Positions 10,669-20,003 of a DNA stretch of 26,692 nt are shown here, one piece after another (the stretch's first letter is position 1; each line of letters opens with the position of its first letter). The position numbers and the translations under genes are program-made. The DNA lies in the IMG/VR virus record IMGVR_UViG_3300008255_000418, positions 1 through 26,692 of that record; one strand, 5' to 3'. Origin of the DNA: a virus (taxonomy: Duplodnaviria > Caudoviricetes). Under the pieces are notes generated by a model that was not told where the DNA came from, made no database searches, and was given only the letters and a program-made list of their open reading frames with translations.

Positions 10669-11391
10669 ATGGCAAGTGGATTTTCAAATAATAACATATT
10701 ACAGATAGATGTAGTTTATACAAAGTTGGGTAGAAGATATTTAGCTGAAGGACAGACAGAATTAGCTAGACCTTCAAAATTAGCTTTTAGTGATGATGGT
10801 GTAGATTATAATTTATTTAACCCTAACGTAGCAGAGAGTTTACAAGGTTTAGCGATTGAACGAATACCATTATTAGAAGCAATGACAGATGGTTATGCAG
10901 TTATGAAAAATAAATTGATTAATTTACCATTGGATACTGTTGATTTCTTAACTAATATGTCAGTGTCTCCTGAATCAACTATTATAACTTCTTATGGTGA
11001 TAATAGAGAACCTATTGTGAAGCGTACCTTTAACGTGTCTACTACTATTCCATTTCCTAGTGGGTTTACAGTAACATTAGATGATACTAAATATCTATAC
11101 TTAGATAAAAAACCTGTATCACCGTTTTCAAGTAATAACAACAATGGATATTATTATCAACGCCCAAGGATTACTCAAAATATTAACACCCCAAATAAAA
11201 ATAGACAAAGTATTCAATTAATACCTACAAATCAAAATACACGAACTTATACATTCAATTTATTTTATGATATAAATTATGCATTTTTTAGAAATACAAC
11301 TGATTATAATACATCAATCCGTATAGAATCAATTGATTTCGGACTTGTAAAAACAATCCCAATAACATTAACCTTTAATACAGGAAGATAA
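10669..11391 (+). CDS. Baseplate/tail-collar protein, family A copy 1 (resembles the N-terminal half of DUF3751)
   Basis: 240 aa. YTKLGRRYLAEG...KLAFSDDGVDY; paralog of 20004..20903. Confidence 0.6.
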   Translation: MASGFSNNNILQIDVVYTKLGRRYLAEGQTELARPSKLAFSDDGVDYNLFNPNVAESLQGLAIERIPLLEAMTDGYAVMKNKLINLPLDTVDFLTNMSVSPESTIITSYGDNREPIVKRTFNVSTTIPFPSGFTVTLDDTKYLYLDKKPVSPFSSNNNNGYYYQRPRITQNINTPNKNRQSIQLIPTNQNTRTYTFNLFYDINYAFFRNTTDYNTSIRIESIDFGLVKTIPITLTFNTGR

Positions 11392-11396
11392 TAAAA

Positions 11397-12431
11397 ATGT
11401 CAGATACAATTTTTAAAACATTATTACCAAATGAAATTATTAAACAACAAAAGGTTATCGTTGATAAATTATTTGTCACATCTTATGGGATTGGAAAACC
11501 TTATAATGCATCCAATAATATAACTATTACGACATCATCATTACCATCTGATAATTTAGATTATTATACCAAAATTAATTTTGTAGTTAATGATGATACA
11601 AACTTGACATATTTTTCAACTGTTCATGCTGAATTTGCATCATATGGTTTATCATCGGGTTCATCTGCTACATATTGGTCATTGGTGAATCAATTATCAA
11701 CATCTGATACAGAATATTCCATTTTAACCCCCGAAAATGCATACGAAAATACCTCATCAAATTTAGATGTTATTGCTTTATCAAGAGAATATTATAGAGA
11801 TAGTATTAACCAAAATAATTTTGCAGTATTCATTCATACGGGGTCGGGTGTAACAACAAGTTCAGTAGTATCAAATTATAGATTGGCTACCGATGGGATA
11901 TTAGGCTTATACCCATCATCTATTTCCAAACCTACCGATAATGGGGATAAGGTTTATTTATATCCTATCGCTTCATCTATTAATTCTTCGGTACTTTATG
12001 TAGGAGACACATTGGTAGTGCCTACACAAACACAATTAGATAAAATCAAACCATATGGTGAAGTGTTCATGGATATGGGGTTGATAGTGTTATTTGTAGA
12101 TATTATAAAAGAAGATTATCCAAATTTAGAAAATGATGTATTAAAATATTTAGCAGGGATAGTTGGAGTTTCAGAAATTCAATTGAACGGTTTAGTTATA
12201 ACTACGAATATTCATAACAACGAGTTTAATTATTCATTAAACCCTTCCTTTTTCGAAAATTCGGATAGAACTTTGATTAAAGCATCAATACGTGATAACC
12301 CAACTACATTTATAACGGGGGTAGGTATTTATAATAACGATAATGAATTGATTGCATTTTCAAAATTAACACAACCATATAAGAAAAATTTCGAAACTAC
12401 GTTTGGATTAAAAATAGAATTATATTATTAA
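11397..12431 (+). CDS. Baseplate/tail-collar protein, family B copy 1 (resembles the C-terminal half of DUF3751)
   Basis: 344 aa. EFNYSLNPSF...TFITGVGIYNNDNELIAFSKLTQPYKK; paralog of 12433..13125 and 20909..21973. Confidence 0.62.
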   Translation: MSDTIFKTLLPNEIIKQQKVIVDKLFVTSYGIGKPYNASNNITITTSSLPSDNLDYYTKINFVVNDDTNLTYFSTVHAEFASYGLSSGSSATYWSLVNQLSTSDTEYSILTPENAYENTSSNLDVIALSREYYRDSINQNNFAVFIHTGSGVTTSSVVSNYRLATDGILGLYPSSISKPTDNGDKVYLYPIASSINSSVLYVGDTLVVPTQTQLDKIKPYGEVFMDMGLIVLFVDIIKEDYPNLENDVLKYLAGIVGVSEIQLNGLVITTNIHNNEFNYSLNPSFFENSDRTLIKASIRDNPTTFITGVGIYNNDNELIAFSKLTQPYKKNFETTFGLKIELYY

Positions 12432-12432
12432 A

Positions 12433-13125
12433 ATGTTATTAGAATTAAATGAACAAAACTATTCAAGAAAACTCGAAGATGTATCAAAAAAAATTGCTTT
12501 AAATGGATATCAATTTTTGTCGGCATCCGTGGGTAGTTCATTTCATTCATATGTAAATAATTTATTCTATACTATTAGAGGTTTTAATGTTGAAGAATAT
12601 GCCGAGCAACAATCAATTTTTACTTCACCAATTGTAGAAAATTTTAATTTAATTTTTACAGGGTCATCTATACAAATTGGTGAAGGTATCATTCCAACTA
12701 CATACGAAGTTACATATGATAATACATACATATTAACCGATGATGGAAAAGGAAATATATTCCATAATGATAAACTATTAGGAAATATTTTCTATGAACA
12801 TGGGGTAGTAATGTTAGATAATACAGAAACCTTTTCGGGGTCGGTAGTACCGCTATCAGATATGTATACAAATAATAATTTAGTAGAAGTTAATTTTACT
12901 AAAAGAAATTCTATAATTAAGACTCGTATCAATTTTTATTATGACAATGGTAAATACAATTTAGGTTCATCTAATACTACATTTGATAAGACTATACATA
13001 TACCATATCTAACCAAAATAGTATTGTATAATATTAAAAATGAAGTAGTTATGGTAGCTAAATTGAGCAAACCCATTTCAACAATTAATGATTTATATTT
13101 TATTTTAGAACACATAACAGTTTAA
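12433..13125 (+). CDS. Baseplate/tail-collar protein, family B copy 2 (shorter, diverged)
   Basis: 230 aa. LTDDGKGNI...GNIFYEHGVVML...PYLTKIVLYNIKNEVVMVAKLSKPI. Confidence 0.6.
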   Translation: MLLELNEQNYSRKLEDVSKKIALNGYQFLSASVGSSFHSYVNNLFYTIRGFNVEEYAEQQSIFTSPIVENFNLIFTGSSIQIGEGIIPTTYEVTYDNTYILTDDGKGNIFHNDKLLGNIFYEHGVVMLDNTETFSGSVVPLSDMYTNNNLVEVNFTKRNSIIKTRINFYYDNGKYNLGSSNTTFDKTIHIPYLTKIVLYNIKNEVVMVAKLSKPISTINDLYFILEHITV

Positions 13126-13128
13126 CCT

Positions 13129-13431
13129 ATGAATTTTAAAAATTTAGTTAATAAAGTATCTGAACAATCAACAAAAGAGTCTAATACCTTATTAGATGAA
13201 GAAGTATTCAGAGCTTCAAATTCAGTATTAAAATTTGCATTCGATGGAGTACCATTCTATTTAGCAGGGTCTTTTGTTACCTATTGTAAATTTAAGAATA
13301 TAAAAGATATATCCGAAATAACATTAATGGATGAGGTTACACTATTAAAAACCTTAACATTAGATGAATATAAAGAAAAATATCCCGAAAAGACTTTGTA
13401 TTATGAATTTTTCAAATGGTTTACAACATGA
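13129..13431 (+). CDS. Hypothetical protein
   Basis: 100-aa ORF; its TGA stop overlaps the ATG at 13428 (ATGA). Confidence 0.65.
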   Translation: MNFKNLVNKVSEQSTKESNTLLDEEVFRASNSVLKFAFDGVPFYLAGSFVTYCKFKNIKDISEITLMDEVTLLKTLTLDEYKEKYPEKTLYYEFFKWFTT

Positions 13432-13922
13432 GACAATTAGGAATAGATGCATCGAGTACTAAAGCAGGATTTTCAGTCAATATAGATGGTAAAATCGAAA
13501 CAGTAGAAGTCATATTTTATGATGATAAATCATTATATGAAAAATATATTATATTACGAAATGCTATAATTAAATTGTATCGAGATAATAATATTGAAAT
13601 AATTGTAATAGAAGATTTTTTAAAACAAAAAGGTGGTCAAACAACCGCTTCAACGCTATCTAAGTTAGCACAGATGAATGGTTTAATTTATGGAATTTTA
13701 TATAGTATTACGACACCAGATTGTGTAATAGCGGTTCACCCTTCTACTGCACGAAAAAAAGTTATTGGGATGGCATTCACCTCTACGCAAAAAACAAAGG
13801 ATATGGTGGCGGACTTTGTGCAGAATATTTTAGGAATTCCTATAGGACGTACTAAACAAAATAATCTTAAAAAGGGTGAAGACGATAAATGTGATGCTAT
13901 AATTTTATCATTATATACATAA
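13428..13922 (+). CDS. ruvC: RuvC-like Holliday junction resolvase
   Basis: RNase H-fold acidic motifs LGIDASS, IVIEDF and DDKCDAI, plus HPSTARK. Start placed at the ATGA overlap (MRQLGID) rather than 13416. Confidence 0.85.
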   Translation: MRQLGIDASSTKAGFSVNIDGKIETVEVIFYDDKSLYEKYIILRNAIIKLYRDNNIEIIVIEDFLKQKGGQTTASTLSKLAQMNGLIYGILYSITTPDCVIAVHPSTARKKVIGMAFTSTQKTKDMVADFVQNILGIPIGRTKQNNLKKGEDDKCDAIILSLYT

Positions 13923-13927
13923 TTAAT
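13919..13927 (+). promoter_or_regulatory. Candidate late-promoter element ATAATTAAT (extended ATAATTAATGATAT)
   Basis: 13919-13932 is identical over 14 nt to 21982-21995. It sits where a structural gene follows RuvC. Confidence 0.4.
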
Positions 13928-13930
13928 GAT

Positions 13931-14419
13931 ATGAGTACAAGAGGAAGATACATTAATGACAGAACAGCATTCTTTTTTAATTCAATAAGTAAAGAATTAA
14001 TGGATATAGAAGGTCAAAGCGTTTTATATTATGAATTATTAGTCAATAAGATAGCAAATGTGGATAAATATTCATCTGTTTATAAAGAATCTGACAAGAA
14101 AAAATATTTAACACCTAAAACAATAATAGCTAAAGTTGATATTGATAAAAAGACTACTGAAACTTTTGAAGAAGCAAAATTTGAACGCAAAACAACGATT
14201 CGAATATCATTTAATCGTGAATCATTAAAAGAAATAAGTGTCGTACCAATGGAAGGAGATATAGTTTGTTTCCAAAATATGTTTTTTGAACTATATATGG
14301 TTGATGATACAGAAATGCACATGGGTTCACCCGAATTTAAATATTCAATCAATGTCGAAGGACATCAAATAAGAATCGATAATAATAAAATGGTACTTGG
14401 TGTTGACAATGAATTATAA
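13931..14419 (+). CDS. Neck/head-closure protein (T4 gp14-like)
   Basis: 162 aa. SKELMDIEGQSVLYY...VYKES...PMEGDIVCFQNMFFEL fits the gp14-like pattern (P.EGDxI.F...FEI). Confidence 0.65.
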   Translation: MSTRGRYINDRTAFFFNSISKELMDIEGQSVLYYELLVNKIANVDKYSSVYKESDKKKYLTPKTIIAKVDIDKKTTETFEEAKFERKTTIRISFNRESLKEISVVPMEGDIVCFQNMFFELYMVDDTEMHMGSPEFKYSINVEGHQIRIDNNKMVLGVDNEL

Positions 14420-14436
14420 ATTCATTAATTTTCGAC

Positions 14437-15390
14437 ATGATTCAAGAAGTTATTGAACAAAAATTAGGTAATTCTCAATATACTACAGGTAATGATAATG
14501 CATATTTTTGCCCAAAATGTAATTGGAAAAATCCTAGATTGATGGTCAATTATGATGACAATAAGTTTCACTGTTGGAAATGTGGGTGGGGTAGTCAATC
14601 GATGCTACCACTTTTATACGAATTAAACATTGATAGAAGTGTTATCAACGAAATTAAGAAAGAACTTAATCTCTACGGAAAATTTAATGTTTATACGAAA
14701 AATCTATCTCTTATAGATAAACTTGATAACCTTCTATTTAAACCAACAACTGAAGATGTTGTATATTCACAAAATATTTTATTACCCGAAGATTATTTTC
14801 CTATTAATTTGTTAAATTCTACAAAAAAAGTACGTAATTACCTATATAGTAGAAATCTATCCGATGATGAAATAGAATACTATAACATTATGTATAATCC
14901 CGAACTAAAAAAGGTATTATTCCCATCTTATAATAAGGATAATCGGATAAATTATTTTATAACACGTAACATAGAATTTAAAAAATATGAATTACCTGAT
15001 GATACAAAAAAATCTCAGATATTTTTCTTTGAGAATCTTATTGACTATACAGGAGATGTCATTCTTACAGAAGGAATTTTTGATGCTATTAATATTGGGT
15101 TTAATGCTCAACCGTTATTAGGAACATCAATGTATAAACTAATGTTCGAACGATTACTATCAGCTAACAGTATCACGTTATTTCTAGATAGTGACGCATT
15201 AGAAACGGCATTTAAACATGCTAAACGTTTATTTAACAAGGGCAAAAAGGTATATATTGTTCATACCGATGAATATAAAGATGCGAGTGAAATGCCAAAA
15301 CGAGTTATAAAAAGACTTTTAGAACATAAAATTGAAATAAATACAACTAATTTAATAAAAATGGAAGGTAATCCATGTTCAATATTTTAA
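14437..15390 (+). CDS. dnaG: DnaG-type DNA primase
   Basis: 317 aa. Zinc-binding CPKC...FHCWKCG, YLYSRNL, and TOPRIM motifs LTEGIFDA, LDSDA and YKDASEM. Confidence 0.9.
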   Translation: MIQEVIEQKLGNSQYTTGNDNAYFCPKCNWKNPRLMVNYDDNKFHCWKCGWGSQSMLPLLYELNIDRSVINEIKKELNLYGKFNVYTKNLSLIDKLDNLLFKPTTEDVVYSQNILLPEDYFPINLLNSTKKVRNYLYSRNLSDDEIEYYNIMYNPELKKVLFPSYNKDNRINYFITRNIEFKKYELPDDTKKSQIFFFENLIDYTGDVILTEGIFDAINIGFNAQPLLGTSMYKLMFERLLSANSITLFLDSDALETAFKHAKRLFNKGKKVYIVHTDEYKDASEMPKRVIKRLLEHKIEINTTNLIKMEGNPCSIF

Positions 15391-16493
15391 TATTAATGCC
15401 CGATTCTATACCGATTGGTATGGGTGGGTTATCAACACATATAAATAATTTACTGAAAGATTTTGATTCTTCTTTCTATTTTCATGTGATTGGGGCAGAT
15501 AAATCTGATAAAACAGTACGCACTGGTGATAATTATACATTTTATCCTATATCAAGAGATAATAATTATGCTGATGATTGGGTTATTTATCCAACTTCTA
15601 TAATTGACTCTTATATTAAACATATTCATAATAAAACTAAAATAGATTTAGTGCATTGTTGTGATTGGAATACAATAGTAGCAGGTGAATTCGTAGCAGA
15701 ATTGCTAAATATTAAAAAAATAATAGCTTTCCATTTACCATTAAATTTAGATAATGAAAAAGATTTGAGTAATTGGATAACATATACTCAATACATATTG
15801 GAAAAAGATGCACATGAGAACTTTGATAAAATAATATATGTATCTGAATATATTAAACTTAAAGCTGAAACTCATGGATTCAATGGTTCTAATATGATAA
15901 CTATACCAAATGGTATCGATGTAAACGAATTCGAAGATGTTGAACGCATAGAGTTGGGAAATTTTAAACATAAATATCTGTTTATCGGAAGAGCAGTGGC
16001 ACAAAAGGGAATTTATGAACTATTAGATACATATCTTGATGAAGATAGTGCGTTATACATTGTTGCTCCTGAAAATGGGTCTGACCCCGAAGCAATCAAG
16101 ATGATAAAACAAGCGTGCGAACTATCAAAAAATATCTTTTATTTAGGTGAAAAACATGGTGAAGAAAAAATACAAATCTTAAAATCTGTTGATTATGTAG
16201 TTATGCCATCAATTTATGAACCATTTGGAATTGTAGCATTAGAAGCGTTCGCATCATTCAGAATCCTAATTACATCGGGTGTACACGGATTAAGCGATTT
16301 TACAAATAATGAAAATAGCATTCAGATAAAACGAGTACATCCTATGCACATAAGAGAAGCAATGCTTAAAGCTAAAGATTTATCATTTGTTGAAAGAAGT
16401 GCAATGAAATTAATTGCAAATACCACAAGTAAATCGTATACTTGGGATAAGGTACGAAATCAATATTTAACTATATATAAAGAATTATTATGA
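15375..16493 (+). CDS. GT-B fold glycosyltransferase (GT4 family)
   Basis: 372 aa. MGGLSTHI, DLVHCCDW, IPNGID, FIGRAVAQKG and the EX7E motif PSIYEPFGIVALEA. Confidence 0.92.
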   Translation: MFNILILMPDSIPIGMGGLSTHINNLLKDFDSSFYFHVIGADKSDKTVRTGDNYTFYPISRDNNYADDWVIYPTSIIDSYIKHIHNKTKIDLVHCCDWNTIVAGEFVAELLNIKKIIAFHLPLNLDNEKDLSNWITYTQYILEKDAHENFDKIIYVSEYIKLKAETHGFNGSNMITIPNGIDVNEFEDVERIELGNFKHKYLFIGRAVAQKGIYELLDTYLDEDSALYIVAPENGSDPEAIKMIKQACELSKNIFYLGEKHGEEKIQILKSVDYVVMPSIYEPFGIVALEAFASFRILITSGVHGLSDFTNNENSIQIKRVHPMHIREAMLKAKDLSFVERSAMKLIANTTSKSYTWDKVRNQYLTIYKELL

Positions 16494-19400
16494 TTAAGAT
16501 AGCACATTTAGCAGATTTACACATCAGATTACATTCGAGATTTGATGAATATGAACATGTTTTTAATAAAACAATTGAAAACTTACAAGAGCAAAAACCT
16601 GATATTATCTATTTGGGTGGTGATATTTTTCATAGTAAAATCAATCTATCACCAGAAGCAGTTAATATGGCATCTAATTTCTTACGAGATTGTGCTAATA
16701 TTGCTTATACGATTGTTATCATTGGTAATCATGATGCAAGCCTTAAATCGAAAAATTCGAGAATGGATGCACTAACACCATTGATTAATTTAACTTCAGG
16801 AACTAAACATGAATTAAAAATTTCAGTTGATTCTGAAATTATAGTGTATAATAATAAATTAAACTTTTTCCATTATTCATGCAAAGATAATGATGTATTT
16901 ACGGACGATGAATTAAATACCGAAGGTGTTAAGATTTGTTTGCACCATGGTATGGTTATAGGTTCTAAAAATAATTCTGGTAAGGTATTTGATAGAAGTG
17001 ATAGGGATAACATTCCATTTGAAAAATTTAATTTAACTTTATTGGGTGATATTCATAAATTACAGACAATCAATGATAATATTTTCTATCCTTCATCATT
17101 AATATGTCAAGATTTTGGTGAGCATCCTATTGAACATGGGTATTTGATACATGCAATTGGTGATAATCAAACTATTACATCTGAATTCATTCGTATAGAA
17201 AATGATTATGCTCATTTTACATTCAACGCAGTTGGTAATAAGATTGATTATAAAAAATATAAAAAAGACGTTACTAATAAATCACGTGTAAGAATTTTAT
17301 ACAATTCATTATCTGCTAAAGACGAAGTAGTCAAAAATTTTAGAGAAGATTTTCCTGAATTAACAAATGTAACATTCGAAGATATTGAAACTATAGTAAC
17401 TAATACTTCTGATTTATCAATGGATGTTAAAAAAATTGATGTGTTATCATTGGAATTCCAAGAAGAACAGTTTAAAAAATATTTTGAGAATGAAGATGAA
17501 GAATCTCTTGAAGAAATCTTAGCAATTAATAGAAAATTATACAATGATGTAGTATCTTCGAAAAATTTAAAATTTAATAGTACTTCTTTCTCTTTAAATA
17601 AATTGATATTTAATAATACCTTTTCGTATGGGGAAAATAATTCAATAGACTTTGATAAATACAGGGGTGTTATTGGACTATTTAGTAAAAATGGTTCGGG
17701 GAAATCTGCATTTTTGGATACTATACCCGTAGCATTATTCGGTGATTACCCATTTATGTCATCTGTATCATCAATAATCAATAATAATGAAAAAGAAGCG
17801 TCTACTGAAATCGAATTGACTATCAATAATAAACCATCGATTATTTCGAGAACTATTAAAAGATTAGGTAAGTCTAAATCTACATCTGATATTTCATTTA
17901 CGATTGATAATGTAAATCTTACCGAGGATGTGATTGGAACAAAAAACAATATTAAAGAAAATATTGGGGCATTAGATGATTATACTCGTACTGCTTATAT
18001 CTCACAGAAATCACCCGACTTATTTTTAAATATGAAAAATTCAGAACGCAAGGAATGGATGACTCAGAACTTGGGGTTAAAAATTTATGAATATTTACAC
18101 GAATCGGCTAAATTAGATTCTAAAGAATTAGCTAACGAAGTTTCCTATTTATTAAAAACCGATTGGCAAACCGAACAAGTAAAATATTTAAATAATAATA
18201 AAGAATTAGAACAAAAACTTAAATTGGTAGAATCACAATTAAAGACTTTAGATGATTCTTTAAATAGTGTTGAAGAAAACATTAAAACGTTGGAGAAAAA
18301 CGCTGTTGTTGAAAAATTAAAAGTTATTCCAAATGTTGAATATGTAACCGATAATGATATTATATCTACCAAGAATTCTATTACATCTTCACAAAATAAA
18401 ATTCAACATATTAAAGATGAAGAACCAAAAAATATTGAATTGAAAAAACAATATTTTAAAACAAAAAAACAAGATTTGGAAAAATCTATATCAAATATAA
18501 AAAGTAAAATCTATTATGATGAAACGCTGATTAATAATATTAATAATAAAATAGATTCTCTAAAATTAGATGGTGTAGAATTAAACAATAAAATTACAGA
18601 AATCATTAGTGAGTTTGGTATTAATGAACTTATGTATGATGTTAAACCATTAGAGAAAATTATAAATGAAGTAACAAAAGAGTATGAATCATTATTATCT
18701 TCCTATATAGATTATAAAAATCAAATCAAAGAACTTCAAACTAGATTAAAACAAAGTGAGGAACAAACACAGATTCTATCTGAAGATTCACGGTTTAAAA
18801 ATGAATCATTATGCAGTACTTGTCCACTTTTAAAAAATGCGTTTACTATTGAATCTCATATACCACAAATAAAAAAGAAACTTTTAAATTTAAAAAATAC
18901 TATTAAAGAGTTATTTGGTTCGGATGATAATTCTGTTATAGACGAGATATTATATAATAAAAAAGAAGCGCTAAAATTTAAAAATAGAATGGTAGCTAAT
19001 TTTGAAAAATATGTATCGGGGCGTGAAAATTTATTAAAAAATTTCAAAACATTAAAAAATGATTTAGAATTAGCAAAAGAAAATGATGCATCTAATAAAA
19101 AATTATTTTTAGAATCCTTTGAGTATCAATTGACATCTCTCAGAGAAAAAATTGATACCGAAATAGATAATTTTAAATCAACTAATAATTATAGTATTAA
19201 ATTATTGACTGAACAAATAAAGTCATTTGAAAATACATTAAAATTACAGTTACAACAATTTGACGATGCTAAAAAAAATATTGAATACAAAAACAATATT
19301 TTATCGATAGAAAAACAGATTAATCAAAATGAATCTGTTAAAAATACTATTGAAGAAGAAATTCAAATTATAAATGATAAAATATATGATTTAAAATACG

Positions 19401-19954
19401 GTATTAGATATATTAATGATAAAGTTGATGAAATTGATAAAACTATATTATTATTAAAATCAAAACAAAATGAGTATTCTAAATATGAAAAATATATAAC
19501 TTCTACACATAAAAATAATATACCAACTAAAATTGTTGATAATATTATACAAACGTTGGAAAACGAAGTTAATATTATTCTTTCTAAATTGGGCGAATAT
19601 AGAATTGAATTACAGAATGAAGAAAAATCATTAAACTGCTTGGTATCTCATACTACCAAAGGTGAATTAAACTCTGATAGATTATGCGGAATGGAGTCAT
19701 TCATCGTAAATTTGGCTATTAGAATTGCAATGGCAAAAATATCAAACACACCAATTGCTAATTTTTTAATTATTGATGAAGGATTTTCAGCATTGGATTC
19801 AGATAATATTCAAGCAGTTCCTGCATTATTCGATTTCTTAAAATCTAAATTCGATTTCATATTAGTAGTATCACATGATGTATTTATGAGAGATTTTGTT
19901 GATTATAATTTTGAAATTGAAATTCATGATAATAAATCTAACATTGTAGTATAA
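16490..19954 (+). CDS. sbcD-sbcC: Fused Mre11/SbcD (gp47-like) nuclease and Rad50/SbcC (gp46-like) ATPase
   Basis: 1154 aa in one frame. Metallophosphoesterase motifs ADLH, GGDIFH, GNHD, HHG and GDIH; then Walker A SKNGSGKS (17684-17707), coiled coil with zinc hook CSTCP (18812-18826), signature-like LCGME (19682-19696), Walker B/D-loop IIDEGFSALD and H-loop VVSH. Confidence 0.93.
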   Translation: MIKIAHLADLHIRLHSRFDEYEHVFNKTIENLQEQKPDIIYLGGDIFHSKINLSPEAVNMASNFLRDCANIAYTIVIIGNHDASLKSKNSRMDALTPLINLTSGTKHELKISVDSEIIVYNNKLNFFHYSCKDNDVFTDDELNTEGVKICLHHGMVIGSKNNSGKVFDRSDRDNIPFEKFNLTLLGDIHKLQTINDNIFYPSSLICQDFGEHPIEHGYLIHAIGDNQTITSEFIRIENDYAHFTFNAVGNKIDYKKYKKDVTNKSRVRILYNSLSAKDEVVKNFREDFPELTNVTFEDIETIVTNTSDLSMDVKKIDVLSLEFQEEQFKKYFENEDEESLEEILAINRKLYNDVVSSKNLKFNSTSFSLNKLIFNNTFSYGENNSIDFDKYRGVIGLFSKNGSGKSAFLDTIPVALFGDYPFMSSVSSIINNNEKEASTEIELTINNKPSIISRTIKRLGKSKSTSDISFTIDNVNLTEDVIGTKNNIKENIGALDDYTRTAYISQKSPDLFLNMKNSERKEWMTQNLGLKIYEYLHESAKLDSKELANEVSYLLKTDWQTEQVKYLNNNKELEQKLKLVESQLKTLDDSLNSVEENIKTLEKNAVVEKLKVIPNVEYVTDNDIISTKNSITSSQNKIQHIKDEEPKNIELKKQYFKTKKQDLEKSISNIKSKIYYDETLINNINNKIDSLKLDGVELNNKITEIISEFGINELMYDVKPLEKIINEVTKEYESLLSSYIDYKNQIKELQTRLKQSEEQTQILSEDSRFKNESLCSTCPLLKNAFTIESHIPQIKKKLLNLKNTIKELFGSDDNSVIDEILYNKKEALKFKNRMVANFEKYVSGRENLLKNFKTLKNDLELAKENDASNKKLFLESFEYQLTSLREKIDTEIDNFKSTNNYSIKLLTEQIKSFENTLKLQLQQFDDAKKNIEYKNNILSIEKQINQNESVKNTIEEEIQIINDKIYDLKYGIRYINDKVDEIDKTILLLKSKQNEYSKYEKYITSTHKNNIPTKIVDNIIQTLENEVNIILSKLGEYRIELQNEEKSLNCLVSHTTKGELNSDRLCGMESFIVNLAIRIAMAKISNTPIANFLIIDEGFSALDSDNIQAVPALFDFLKSKFDFILVVSHDVFMRDFVDYNFEIEIHDNKSNIVV

Positions 19955-19970
19955 AAAATTTAGAAGTATT

Positions 19971-19979
19971 ATAATTAAT
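19971..19979 (+). promoter_or_regulatory. Candidate late-promoter element ATAATTAAT
   Basis: Exact 9-mer in the 49-nt intergenic gap where structural genes resume, ending 24 nt before the ATG at 20004. Confidence 0.45.
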
Positions 19980-20003
19980 TTAAAAATAGAGATTAAAAAA
20001 AAT

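Noticed and set aside
1581-13125. Bacterial contractile injection system (eCIS/T6SS/tailocin) rather than phage
   Set aside because: The linked primase, RuvC, Mre11-Rad50, neck protein and sigma-like factor, with no host housekeeping or effector genes, indicate a phage genome.
13428-13922. TnpB/Cas12-like RNA-guided RuvC nuclease
   Set aside because: Only 164 aa, a contiguous resolvase-type RuvC with no zinc finger or REC/WED region and no adjacent non-coding space for a guide RNA.
18050-19560. Intein or intron explaining the length of the 1154-aa protein
   Set aside because: The extra length is heptad coiled coil with a central CxxC hook; I saw no intein splice-junction or homing-endonuclease motifs.
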